From Acidimicrobiia bacterium (GTDB lineage Bacteria > Actinomycetota > Acidimicrobiia > Spongiisociales > ZC4RG35), in assembly GCA_050050035.1 (NCBI GenBank), contig JASFVB010000001.1:1-48959 (forward strand): DNA of 48,959 bases. The letters are read 5' to 3'. Position numbers and translations under genes: made by a program. This document shows positions 8,711-17,695 of this stretch, piece by piece (position 1 is the first letter of the stretch; every line of letters starts with the position of its first letter). The notes beneath the pieces are model-generated. The model ran no database searches. It worked only from the letters and a program-made list of their open reading frames with translations, and had not been told where the DNA came from.

Positions 8711-9973
8711 GTGCACTACGACCTCACCACCCTCCCCAACGGTCTTCGCGTCATCACCGAGCCGATGCCCTCGCTGCGATCGGTCGCGTTGGGCTGCTGG
8801 GTGGACACGGGGACCCGCGACGAGAACTCCAACGAGGCCGGCGTGTCTCATTTTCTCGAGCATCTGCTCTTCAAAGGGTCGGAGGAGCTCTCGGCCAGAC
8901 AGGTGAACGAGACGCTCGACGCCATCGGCGCCGAGTCCAACGCGTTCACATCGAAGGAGGCGACGTGCTACTGGACACGCCTCATGGACCAGGACCTGCC
9001 GGTCGGTCTGGACGTCCTGTCAGAGATCATCCAGCGGCCTGCCTTCCGGATCAACGAGATCGACTCGGAGCGTCAGGTGGTGGTGGAGGAGATCAACATG
9101 AACGAGGACGATCCCACCGACGTCGTCTTCGAGAACTTCACAACGGCGGTATTCGCCGGTCATCCACTCGAGGAGCCCGTGTTGGGCACACGTGAGTCGA
9201 TCCGCTCGATGACCCGGGACGACATCCACGGCTACTGGAAGCGACGCTACGGAGCGGCGTCGATGGTGGTGGCCGCGGCGGGATCGGTCGACCACGAGAA
9301 CATGGTGGCCATGGTGGAGGAGCGTTTTGGCGGATGGTCGGGGGAGACAGTCGATCATCAGCACTCGGTGGCCGGGGCCACGCCAAGGGTGAATCTGACC
9401 AGAAGAGAGACTGAACAAGCCCATCTCGTGATCGGTGGCCCGGGCATGCGGCGTGACGACGAGCGGCGGTGGGCATTCGAGGTGCTCAGTCGTGTGATGG
9501 GCTCGGGCATGTCGTCCAGGTTGTTCCGCGAGGTGCGTGAGGAGCGTGGCCTCGCCTATGCCATCTATGCCTTCAAGCTGGCCTATGCGGACAACGGTGC
9601 TTGGGGGGTCCATGTCGGCACCACCCCGAGCCAGACGGACACCGCCCTGAACGTCATCCGCGAGGAGCTTGCAAAGGTCGTCGAAGATGGGATAACCGAG
9701 GAGGAGCTCGACCGGGCCAAAGGATCGATGCGTGGCGGGCTCGCGTTGTCACTCGAGGATGCCAACAGCCGCATGGTCCGGCTGGGTCGTGACGAGCTCG
9801 CCGGCATGCCCCACTATTCGGTCGACGAGCGTTTGGAGAAGCTGGAGGGCGTCGACCTCGACGAGGTCAAACGTGTTGCGGGCGAGATCTACGGCGCCCC
9901 GACGAGGATGATCGGGGCGGTTGGGCCCTTCGACACCGACGAGTTGGACGCCTATCTGGAGCCGCGACTCTGA
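8711..9973 (+). CDS. M16 (pitrilysin/insulinase) family zinc peptidase
   Basis: Inverted zinc motif HFLEH with the downstream Glu region. 420 aa, GTG start. Confidence 0.9.
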   Translation: MHYDLTTLPNGLRVITEPMPSLRSVALGCWVDTGTRDENSNEAGVSHFLEHLLFKGSEELSARQVNETLDAIGAESNAFTSKEATCYWTRLMDQDLPVGLDVLSEIIQRPAFRINEIDSERQVVVEEINMNEDDPTDVVFENFTTAVFAGHPLEEPVLGTRESIRSMTRDDIHGYWKRRYGAASMVVAAAGSVDHENMVAMVEERFGGWSGETVDHQHSVAGATPRVNLTRRETEQAHLVIGGPGMRRDDERRWAFEVLSRVMGSGMSSRLFREVREERGLAYAIYAFKLAYADNGAWGVHVGTTPSQTDTALNVIREELAKVVEDGITEEELDRAKGSMRGGLALSLEDANSRMVRLGRDELAGMPHYSVDERLEKLEGVDLDEVKRVAGEIYGAPTRMIGAVGPFDTDELDAYLEPRL

Positions 9974-10054
9974 CACTTTGATGTGAGAGGCGGGTGCCGC
10001 GAACCGACGCCGCCGAGACCGCCGCTTCCGCACCCGTTCGAGTCTGCTGTGGCC

Positions 10055-10417
10055 CTAGCTGTCGGAAAGACCGAACGTGACCGACATCGGCGGCTCGCCG
10101 ATGTCGACAGTGCCCGCCAGCTCGTTGGCAGGGCGTTCGATGACCAGCCCGCCACCGAGTTGATGGGTGCCGTCGTCGGATGGCCAGCCTCTGGTCTCCA
10201 CGAGACTCACCGGGCCACCGAGCGACGACCAGAGCAGCGAGCCGTTGACCTGTGTCAGATCGACCAACAGCTCGGCGCCATCGGCCGGGGACAGGTTCTC
10301 GCCGGGTCCCCCCGCCGCAAAGACTGCGACGGCGCCCCCCGCCGTCACGGTCAGCACTGCGGCCAATCCCAACCCGGCGAGACTGCGCGTGATCACTCCC
10401 TGCATGCAATCGGTCAC
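10055..10417 (-). CDS. hypothetical secreted protein
   Basis: GC3 is high in this frame. The N-terminus is hydrophobic and signal-like (LAGLGLAAVLTVTAGGAVAVFAA). The start is either GTG 10417 or ATG 10405. Confidence 0.5.
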   Translation of the reverse strand: MTDCMQGVITRSLAGLGLAAVLTVTAGGAVAVFAAGGPGENLSPADGAELLVDLTQVNGSLLWSSLGGPVSLVETRGWPSDDGTHQLGGGLVIERPANELAGTVDIGEPPMSVTFGLSDS

Positions 10418-10438
10418 GCTAAGCGGTTGGTCCTGGTG

Positions 10439-10858
10439 CTAAATGGCTATTTCGACAAGCCGGGAAAGCACTAGTCCGTAGACCAGGGCAATGAGCAACG
10501 TGATGAGCACCGGCCCCGCCACCCTGCGCCCCCGGTTGGAGGAGTAGCGAGCCAGGGCAAACCCGATCACCACCCACAGGGTGACGTCCAGAGGCCAGGC
10601 AAGCACGAGGTCGCCGAAGAGCACGCCAAATACCGCAGAGACGGGAAGCCCGGCGTAGAGGAGCATGAGCCCCAGTGACTCACATCCCTCGGTGCAACCC
10701 GAGTCGTTCACCAGGCTGAGCCCCACGGCCATGAGGACGATGGCCGCGATGACGAGAGCCCCGGCGGCGAGTGCCGCCTCCCGACAACCGGGGGGTCCAG
10801 ATCTGCGAGTCACGATCGTCGATCGTAAGTACGAGTGGTGGCAACGACGTATCCACAA
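10439..10858 (-). CDS. hypothetical integral membrane protein
   Basis: Three to four hydrophobic segments. The start codon is uncertain. I recognised no family. Confidence 0.45.
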   Translation of the reverse strand: MWIRRCHHSYLRSTIVTRRSGPPGCREAALAAGALVIAAIVLMAVGLSLVNDSGCTEGCESLGLMLLYAGLPVSAVFGVLFGDLVLAWPLDVTLWVVIGFALARYSSNRGRRVAGPVLITLLIALVYGLVLSRLVEIAI

Positions 10859-10888
10859 CTAGCCTGTCGCCGCTCGAGAAGGAGTCGG

Positions 10889-11344
10889 ATGGACTTTCAT
10901 GATGTATTGCTGGTGCTGCACATCGTCGGTGTGGGCACCTGGCTCGGGGCCAACGTCATACAGGCGGTGATACCGCCCGTTGCCGCCCGGTCGGGCAGCG
11001 AGACACTGGGGTGGTGGTACCGGACGTCTTCGATGCTCTCCAGTCGTCTCTACATGCCGGCGGCCATCCTGATCCTCGTCACCGGTGTTCTCCTCGTGTT
11101 GCAACGGGAGGCCTACGGGTTCGGCACCCCATTCGTGACGATCGGGTTCGCGATGATCGTCGTCGGGGCAGTCTTGGGAATGGTCGTCTTCGGGCCAGGC
11201 GGGAGGGAGGCCGCGACCGCGGCCGAGACGGGTGACCGGCCGGGTCTGCAACGAGCCGCAGGCCGTCTGACCCGTTTCGGGATCGTCGACACGATCCTCC
11301 TCCTCTTCACGATCACCGCGATGGTCCTTCGTTTGGGCGTCTGA
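10889..11344 (+). CDS. hypothetical integral membrane protein (4 predicted TM)
   Basis: ATG 10889 is preceded by GAAGGAG. There are four hydrophobic helices. The earlier in-frame start at 10835 would overlap the divergent gene. Confidence 0.55.
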   Translation: MDFHDVLLVLHIVGVGTWLGANVIQAVIPPVAARSGSETLGWWYRTSSMLSSRLYMPAAILILVTGVLLVLQREAYGFGTPFVTIGFAMIVVGAVLGMVVFGPGGREAATAAETGDRPGLQRAAGRLTRFGIVDTILLLFTITAMVLRLGV

Positions 11345-11362
11345 GCCTTAGCATCCGGTCTT

Positions 11363-12649
11363 GTGAGCCGGATGCGCACACGTCTCGTGGTCCTCTGTGC
11401 TGCTCTGACTGCGTGTACGTCGTCGGTCTCCGGGGAGACGACGACTTCCACTTCCACGACGGTCGCGACCACTACGACGACCGTGGTCACCACGACCACG
11501 ACGACAGTGCCCACGATTCAGATCTCGGGACGGGTGATGTCCGACGCGGGTGCACCGGTCAGCCGTGCCACGGTGACCATGGGCGAGACGACGACGCTCA
11601 CGGCTCCGGACGGGTGGTTCACGATCGAGACGACGTCACCCGACGCGATGACCGTCTCCAAACCCGGCTGGGTGGGAACCGACGTCGAGCTCAACGACGA
11701 GATTTCGTTCTACGAGGCCACGATCGCGCCGGAGCGAATACGCGGTTTGCGCGTGGGAGGTAGTGCGGCAGCCGACGACTCGGTCTTCGAGCATCTGGTG
11801 AGCTTGGCCAACGACACCGCGGTCAATGCCTTCGTCTTCGACACCAAACAGGAGGGTGGCGAAGTCCTCTACGACACGGGTGTCGTGGAGGCACATGAGA
11901 TCGGTGCGGTGAGAGACCTATATGACCCGGCCAAGCGCATCGAGCAGGCTCGGGCCCACGGTCTGTACACGATCACCAGGATCGTCACCTTTGAGGACGC
12001 CCGCCGCGCCGCCGCGTTTGCCGACGAGAAGCTGGCGGGGCCCTGGCTCGACCCGGCGTCGGACACGGCACGCGCCTACAACCTCGCTCTCGCCTCCGAG
12101 GCCTGTGAGCTCGGGTTCGACGAGATCATGTTCGACTACGTGCGTTATCCGGCCGGGAGAACCGCCGACGTGAGCGGTCAGCTGGATCTGTCCGAGGCCG
12201 ATCGGGTCGCGGTCGTCGCCGACTTCATCTCGGAGGCGAGAGATCTGCTCAACCCGATGGGTTGTGCGGTCAGTGCGGCGGTCTTCGCGATCGTGGTCTC
12301 GGCGCCCGACGACCAGGGGCTGGGTCAGCGGCCCGAGGAAGTGTCGGCGCAAGCCGACGTCTTGAGCCCGATGATCTATCCAAGCCATTACTCGAACGGT
12401 TGGCTCGGGTTCGACGATCCGAACGATTATCCGTATGAGGTCACGACCGACGCGATCACGGATGCTCGCGGGCGTATGGAGCCCGGAGCGCGGCTCCGAC
12501 CCTGGCTCCAGGCCTTCTGGTGGACCAACGCCCAGATTCGGGAGTCGATCCAGGCCGCAGAGGACCTCGGCTCCGGGTGGATCCTCTGGAACGCCCGCAG
12601 CAACTTCGACCTGGCTGCGCTGCCGACCAACGAAGAGGTCGCTTCCTAG
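11363..12649 (+). CDS. lipoprotein, putative glycoside-hydrolase-like (DUF4015-type) with Thr-rich linker
   Basis: Lipobox LTAC after a basic/hydrophobic N-terminus, a poly-Thr linker, and MFDYVRYP and SPMIYPSHY motifs reminiscent of the putative glycosyl hydrolase family. Confidence 0.65.
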   Translation: MSRMRTRLVVLCAALTACTSSVSGETTTSTSTTVATTTTTVVTTTTTTVPTIQISGRVMSDAGAPVSRATVTMGETTTLTAPDGWFTIETTSPDAMTVSKPGWVGTDVELNDEISFYEATIAPERIRGLRVGGSAAADDSVFEHLVSLANDTAVNAFVFDTKQEGGEVLYDTGVVEAHEIGAVRDLYDPAKRIEQARAHGLYTITRIVTFEDARRAAAFADEKLAGPWLDPASDTARAYNLALASEACELGFDEIMFDYVRYPAGRTADVSGQLDLSEADRVAVVADFISEARDLLNPMGCAVSAAVFAIVVSAPDDQGLGQRPEEVSAQADVLSPMIYPSHYSNGWLGFDDPNDYPYEVTTDAITDARGRMEPGARLRPWLQAFWWTNAQIRESIQAAEDLGSGWILWNARSNFDLAALPTNEEVAS

Positions 12650-12655
12650 CCCCGA

Positions 12656-14302
12656 CTACTCACTGGTCCCGGTGCGGACGTCCGGGGCGCCGAGACGGGC
12701 AGCATCTGCGGTTCGATCGTCGGGCTGAGACTGTGAGTCGAGCTCGGCGCGGACACGAGCCAGATAGTGGTCTATCTCACGGTCGACCGTGCTCTCGTCC
12801 CAACCGAGGACGTCGGCCATGACTGCGGCGACTCTCGGGGCGGCCTCCACCCCCCGGTCACGTGTCTCGATCGACAGCCGGGTGCGACGGGTCAGCACAT
12901 CATCGAGGTGAAGTGCGCCTTCGTGTGTTGCCGCATAGGCGGCCTCCGCCATCAGATACGGGGCGTCGTCGACGATCGGCTCACCGAGCGCCGGGTTGGA
13001 GTCGACGAGGGCGTGGATGTCTCGCGTCATGGTCCCGTAGCGGGAGTTGAGCCGATCGTCGCTGTGGGGTGCCACGCCCACCAGTGGTATCGACTCGGTG
13101 GTCGACTCGGGCACGGGCCGCCCCACGTAGCCGGTGACGGCGTCCACGGCATCACGTGCCATCACGCGGTAGGTCGTGTACTTGCCTCCGGCGACAGTGA
13201 CCATCCCGCTGCCGTGGTCACGCACGGCGTGCTCGCGGCTCAGCCGGGACGTGTCCTCGGACTCTCCTTTGAGGAGCGGTCGAAGACCGGCGTAGACCCC
13301 GACGATGTCCGCGGCGGTGATGGGACGCTTCAACGCCGTGTTGACCCATGTGAGCAGATACTCGATATCGGATCGGCTCGCTGCCGGATGTGCTCGCCCC
13401 AGCTCCCATGGCGTGTCGGTGGTGCCGACGATCCAATGCCGGCCCCAGGGGATCACGAACAACACGCTGACTTCGGTTCGGAGGAGAACGCCGGTCTGGG
13501 AGTCGATGCGGTCTCGGGGAACCAGGAAGTGAATCCCCTTGGATGCCCGAACGTCGATTCCGTGCTCTCCGGCCAGGTCTTCGACGTCATCCGTCCACAC
13601 ACCGGTGGCATTGACGACCGACTTCGTCGGGATCGTCAGCTCCGTTCCCGTCTCGAGATCGACTGCACGCGCACGGACGATGTGACCCTTCTCGAACTCG
13701 AATCCGGTGACCCTGACACTCGAGGCTGCCATGGCGTCGTTGGCGACGGCCGTTCGGGCCACCGTCATGGTGTGACGAGCGTCGTCGACAACACAGTCCC
13801 AATAGCGAACACCCCCGACGGCGTCGAGGTCCGGGGACAGACGACCGAGCCGCTCACGGCCCAGATGCTGATGCCAAGGGAGGGGGTTGTCGGCGAGCCG
13901 AGCCAGGATCTCGTAGAGAAAGACGCCGGCGCCCACGTACAAGCGTTCCCAGAACCTGTGTTTGAGCGGGTATATGAAGGACGTGGGTGACACCATGTGA
14001 GGGCAGAGACGATTGATCATCAGGTTCCGCTCCCGCAGTGCCTCCCTCACGAGCCCGAACGAGAAGCTCTCGAGATAGCGGAGCCCACCGTGAAACATCT
14101 TCGAGGACCGGCTGGAGGTCCCGGACGCATAGTCACGTTGTTCGAGAAGACCGACACGGAGCCCGCGGCTGGCCGCATCCAAGGCGGCGCCGGCACCGCT
14201 CACGCCGGCACCGATCACGAGCACGTCGAGCCGGCCGTCCGCCATACGCGTCAGGTGCTCCCGCCGCTGGTCTCGGCTCAGAGCCGATGAGTCCGAAGCC
14301 AT
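12656..14302 (-). CDS. glpD: FAD-dependent glycerol-3-phosphate dehydrogenase
   Basis: The dinucleotide fold VLVIGAGVSGAGAALDAASRG is followed by SGTSSRSSKMFHGGLRYLE. 548 aa. Confidence 0.9.
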   Translation of the reverse strand: MASDSSALSRDQRREHLTRMADGRLDVLVIGAGVSGAGAALDAASRGLRVGLLEQRDYASGTSSRSSKMFHGGLRYLESFSFGLVREALRERNLMINRLCPHMVSPTSFIYPLKHRFWERLYVGAGVFLYEILARLADNPLPWHQHLGRERLGRLSPDLDAVGGVRYWDCVVDDARHTMTVARTAVANDAMAASSVRVTGFEFEKGHIVRARAVDLETGTELTIPTKSVVNATGVWTDDVEDLAGEHGIDVRASKGIHFLVPRDRIDSQTGVLLRTEVSVLFVIPWGRHWIVGTTDTPWELGRAHPAASRSDIEYLLTWVNTALKRPITAADIVGVYAGLRPLLKGESEDTSRLSREHAVRDHGSGMVTVAGGKYTTYRVMARDAVDAVTGYVGRPVPESTTESIPLVGVAPHSDDRLNSRYGTMTRDIHALVDSNPALGEPIVDDAPYLMAEAAYAATHEGALHLDDVLTRRTRLSIETRDRGVEAAPRVAAVMADVLGWDESTVDREIDHYLARVRAELDSQSQPDDRTADAARLGAPDVRTGTSE

Positions 14303-14328
14303 TGCCTGTCCACCTTACGATTGAGCAG

Positions 14329-15228
14329 ATGAAAGTAGGTGTCCAGCTCCCCGAGGTCGAACGCGAGGTCACCTGGGGTGAGGTAGTCGACATCGCCCGT
14401 GCGGCCGAGGATTGCGGATTCGACTCCATCTGGGTCGGCGATCATCTCCTCTATCGCGACGACCTGGGCTCGAGCGGGCCGTGGGAGGCCTGGACGTCCC
14501 TTGCCGCGCTGGCCCAGGAGACCAATCGGGTCGAGCTGGGCCCGTTGGTGGCCGCGACATCGTTCCATTCCCCGGCGATGATCGCCAAGATGGCGTCCAC
14601 GGTGGATGAGATCAGCGAGGGTCGTCTCATCCTGGGTTTGGGGGCAGGATGGAATCGGGTCGAGTACGACGCCTTCGGTTTCCCCTTCGATCACCGGGTA
14701 TCTCGATTCGACGAGGCGTTCACCATCATCCGGACGCTGATCCGAGACGGTCACATCGACTTCGAGGGCGCCTACTACACGCACCGGGACATGGAGCTCC
14801 TTCCCCCGGCCAGACCTGACATGAAGATCCTGCTCGGATCGAACGGACCACGCATGCTGCGTATCGGCGCGCCACACGTCGACATGTGGAACAGCTGGTT
14901 CGTTTGGTTCGGGAACCGCCCCGAGGGCTTGGCGTCTCTGCTCGACGAGCTGTCCGCCGCCTGCCACGACACCGGACGCGACCCGTCGACGGTGGAGAAG
15001 ACCGCGGCCGTGTTGGTCGAGTTGGAGCGGGGCAGCGGGCGGAGAGCGGGGAGTGAGGAACGGCCCGAGGCTCCGCCGATCAGGGGGTCGCACGAGGAGA
15101 TCGCCGAACGGCTTGGTGCCTTCGCCGCCGCAGGCATCTCACATCTCCAGCTGGTGGTCGACCCGATCGACACCGCAGCTGTAGAGGAGTTGGCCCTCGT
15201 GAGGGCGTTGCTCGACGGATATGGTTGA
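14329..15228 (+). CDS. LLM-class (luciferase-like) flavin/F420-dependent oxidoreductase
   Basis: MKVGVQLP...GFDSIWVGDHLL...ILGLGAGW is a typical LLM pattern. The start is trimmed to ATG 14329 because upstream ORF sequence overlaps glpD. Confidence 0.8.
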   Translation: MKVGVQLPEVEREVTWGEVVDIARAAEDCGFDSIWVGDHLLYRDDLGSSGPWEAWTSLAALAQETNRVELGPLVAATSFHSPAMIAKMASTVDEISEGRLILGLGAGWNRVEYDAFGFPFDHRVSRFDEAFTIIRTLIRDGHIDFEGAYYTHRDMELLPPARPDMKILLGSNGPRMLRIGAPHVDMWNSWFVWFGNRPEGLASLLDELSAACHDTGRDPSTVEKTAAVLVELERGSGRRAGSEERPEAPPIRGSHEEIAERLGAFAAAGISHLQLVVDPIDTAAVEELALVRALLDGYG

Positions 15229-15232
15229 CGTC

Positions 15233-15859
15233 ATGAGAATCACGAGTTCGAGCTTTGCCGACGGGGAGGTCATTCCTGCTCGCTACGCCTTTGCCAAGCC
15301 CGATCCCGAGACACGGGTGACCCTGTCGGACAATGTCAATCCACACCTGGAATGGTCGGATGTGCCCGACGGGACCCGGTCGTTTGCGTTGATCTGTCAC
15401 GACGACGACGTGCCGAGCAAAGGCGACGACGTCAACCAACCCGACCGGGAGATTCCCGCCGATCTGCCCCGCGTCGACTTCTTCCACTGGGTGCTGGTGG
15501 ACATACCCGCCGAAAAGCGATCGATATCCGAAGGTGAGTTCGCGGACGGCGTCGTGGCCGGCGGTCAGCAGGTTGCAGCCGGCCCGGGTGGGACCCGTCA
15601 GGGTCTCAACGACTTCACGGGCTGGTTCGCCGGGGACCAGGACATGGCGGGCAGCTACTTCGGATACGACGGACCTGCCCCACCGTGGAACGACTCGATC
15701 CTCCACCACTACGTGTTCACCGTATACGCTCTGGATGTAGCCTCGGTCGACGTGTCCGGGAACTTCACCGGACACGACGTCCGTGCCGCGATCGATGGTC
15801 ACATCCTCGCGAAGGCGTCTCTGCAAGGGACCTACACCCAGAACCTCCGTCTCCTCTAG
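15233..15859 (+). CDS. YbhB/YbcL-family PEBP (Raf kinase inhibitor-like) protein
   Basis: N-terminus MRITSSSFADGEVIPARYA, and later HHYVFTVYALD. An alternative start lies at 15221. Confidence 0.8.
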   Translation: MRITSSSFADGEVIPARYAFAKPDPETRVTLSDNVNPHLEWSDVPDGTRSFALICHDDDVPSKGDDVNQPDREIPADLPRVDFFHWVLVDIPAEKRSISEGEFADGVVAGGQQVAAGPGGTRQGLNDFTGWFAGDQDMAGSYFGYDGPAPPWNDSILHHYVFTVYALDVASVDVSGNFTGHDVRAAIDGHILAKASLQGTYTQNLRLL

Positions 15860-15863
15860 CCGA

Positions 15864-15892
15864 GACGTGTGGTGACCCGTTCATCACACGTC
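15864..15892 (+). terminator. hairpin after PEBP gene (GACGTGTG-N13-CACACGTC)
   Basis: 8-bp perfect stem beginning 5 nt after the stop codon. No clear U-tract. Confidence 0.35.
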
Positions 15893-15930
15893 GGCCCTGC
15901 ATCGTGTGAGCTCGCGACCAAACTGCGCGG

Positions 15931-17085
15931 ATGATTGCTCGTCGTCGTGCGCTGATCGCACTCACCCTCGGCTTCGTGTTGCTCGGGATGCCCGGTTCGG
16001 CACTTGGCGTCGCATGGCCGTCGATAGCCGATCAGCTGACGCGGTCGCTTGGGGATCTCGGCATCCTGACCTTGGTGAACGGTGCCGCCTACGGGGTCAT
16101 GAGCCTGTCGAGCGGAACGCTCACACAGCGCTATCGGGCCGGCATCGTCCTCACCGGAGCCTCCGTTGCGGCCACAGCATCACTGGCGATGTTTGGCGGG
16201 GCCGGCTCTTTCGTTTGGCTCGCGCTGGCATCGGTGCCACTTGGACTGGCCGGTGGGGCGCTGGACTCGATCGGGAACGGGTACGTCGCCGTCCACCACG
16301 GGGCCCGACCGATGGGGGCGATTCACGCAGCATTCGGGCTCGGATCGATGATCGCCCCACTCCTGATGACGGGGATCGATGCGGCCGGTGCCAGCTGGCG
16401 TGTCGGGTTCTTCGTCCTGGCCATGGCCGAACTGGCCGTGGGGCTCGGATTCTGGATCAACCGCAGGGCCTATCGGATGCCCATGGAGGGGCGTCCAGAT
16501 CGGCCGCGACGAGTGGGCTCGAGACGGCTTCTCACTCTGTCGGTCGCCACGTTCTTTCTCTACACCGGTGTCGAGGTCTCCACCGGGTTCTGGGTTTTCA
16601 CCTTGCTCAGCGAGGGCCAGGGCGTGGACGCGACAGTTGCCGGTGTCGCCGTCGCCGCACACTGGGGGGCGTTGTTCGCATCTCGGTTGCTGCTCGGAGT
16701 GCTCGGCGATCGGATGCCACCCAATCCCACCATCGCCGTCTCCGTCTCGCTGATAGTCGCCGGTCTCGCCCTGTTGTGGTGGCACCCGTCCCCGTTCGTG
16801 GCCATCACCGGCTTGATAGTCGCCGGTTTCGGAAGTGGTCCCGTCTTCCCCCTCGAGACAATGCTCACCAAACGCCGATTCGGTCTGGAATACACACCGT
16901 GGGCCGTTGGCTTCCAACTCGGGGCGGCGACCGCTTCCGCCGCGATCGTCCCGGCGGTGATCGGAGTCCTGGTCAACCTGACCGGCCCGCTCGTGATCGC
17001 ACCGGCGTTGTTCGTTCTCGCCGTCGGGTCGATGGCCAGTGTCGAGGCCTTGCGAGTCGGGAGCGCTCTGGAGATGGCGACGTGA
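15931..17085 (+). CDS. MFS transporter
   Basis: 384 aa with about 12 hydrophobic segments in an MFS-like arrangement. Confidence 0.75.
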   Translation: MIARRRALIALTLGFVLLGMPGSALGVAWPSIADQLTRSLGDLGILTLVNGAAYGVMSLSSGTLTQRYRAGIVLTGASVAATASLAMFGGAGSFVWLALASVPLGLAGGALDSIGNGYVAVHHGARPMGAIHAAFGLGSMIAPLLMTGIDAAGASWRVGFFVLAMAELAVGLGFWINRRAYRMPMEGRPDRPRRVGSRRLLTLSVATFFLYTGVEVSTGFWVFTLLSEGQGVDATVAGVAVAAHWGALFASRLLLGVLGDRMPPNPTIAVSVSLIVAGLALLWWHPSPFVAITGLIVAGFGSGPVFPLETMLTKRRFGLEYTPWAVGFQLGAATASAAIVPAVIGVLVNLTGPLVIAPALFVLAVGSMASVEALRVGSALEMAT

Positions 17086-17099
17086 CTGCCGCCGTCGAC

Positions 17100-17609
17100 T
17101 CAGCTCTCCGAGATGGTGACCTTGTTGATCACCACGTCTTCGTGGGGGCGATCGGAGTGGTCGGTGCTCGATGTGGCAATCGAGTCGACCGCCTCCAGCC
17201 CCGCAGTCACCTGTCCGAAGATCGTGTAGCTGTGGGGGAGCCCGACGTCGGTGTGGCAGATGAAGAACTGGCTGCCATTGGTGTTGGGGCCGGCATTGGC
17301 CATCGCCACGGTCCCGCGCTTGTACTCGCCGACACCATCGATCTCGTCGCGGAACCTGTATCCGGGGCCACCACGTCCTGTGCCCGTTGGGTCGCCACCC
17401 TGGATCATGAAGTTCTCGATCACCCGGTGAAATACGACGCCGTCATAGAAGCCGTCACGGGCGAGGAAGACGAAGTTGTTGACCGTCAGTGGTGAGCGAC
17501 CGGCGTCGAAGGAGATCACGATCTCACCATGGTTGGTGTCGAGAGTCGCGGTGTAGGTGGAGGTCGGGTCGATGGTCAGCTCCGGTGCGGAGTCGTATTG
17601 CTTGGTCAT
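17100..17609 (-). CDS. cyclophilin-type peptidyl-prolyl cis-trans isomerase
   Basis: The cyclophilin signature FHRVIENFMIQGGDPTGTGRGGPGY...GTVAMANAGPNTNGSQFFI. Confidence 0.92.
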   Translation of the reverse strand: MTKQYDSAPELTIDPTSTYTATLDTNHGEIVISFDAGRSPLTVNNFVFLARDGFYDGVVFHRVIENFMIQGGDPTGTGRGGPGYRFRDEIDGVGEYKRGTVAMANAGPNTNGSQFFICHTDVGLPHSYTIFGQVTAGLEAVDSIATSSTDHSDRPHEDVVINKVTISES

Positions 17610-17695
17610 TGCGTCCTTTCGGCTCGAAGACGAGCGGATTCGACCGGCATGCGGGTTGATGTGCGTGCGATCGCAGGTCCTGGCTGACCCCGAGT

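Noticed and set aside
11420-11520. Repetitive ACG/ACC-rich DNA that at first glance looks like a tandem repeat or array.
   Set aside because: It is in frame within the lipoprotein gene and simply encodes a poly-Thr/Val linker (TTTSTSTTVATTTTTVVTTTTTTVPT). It has no spacer-repeat organisation, so it is not CRISPR.
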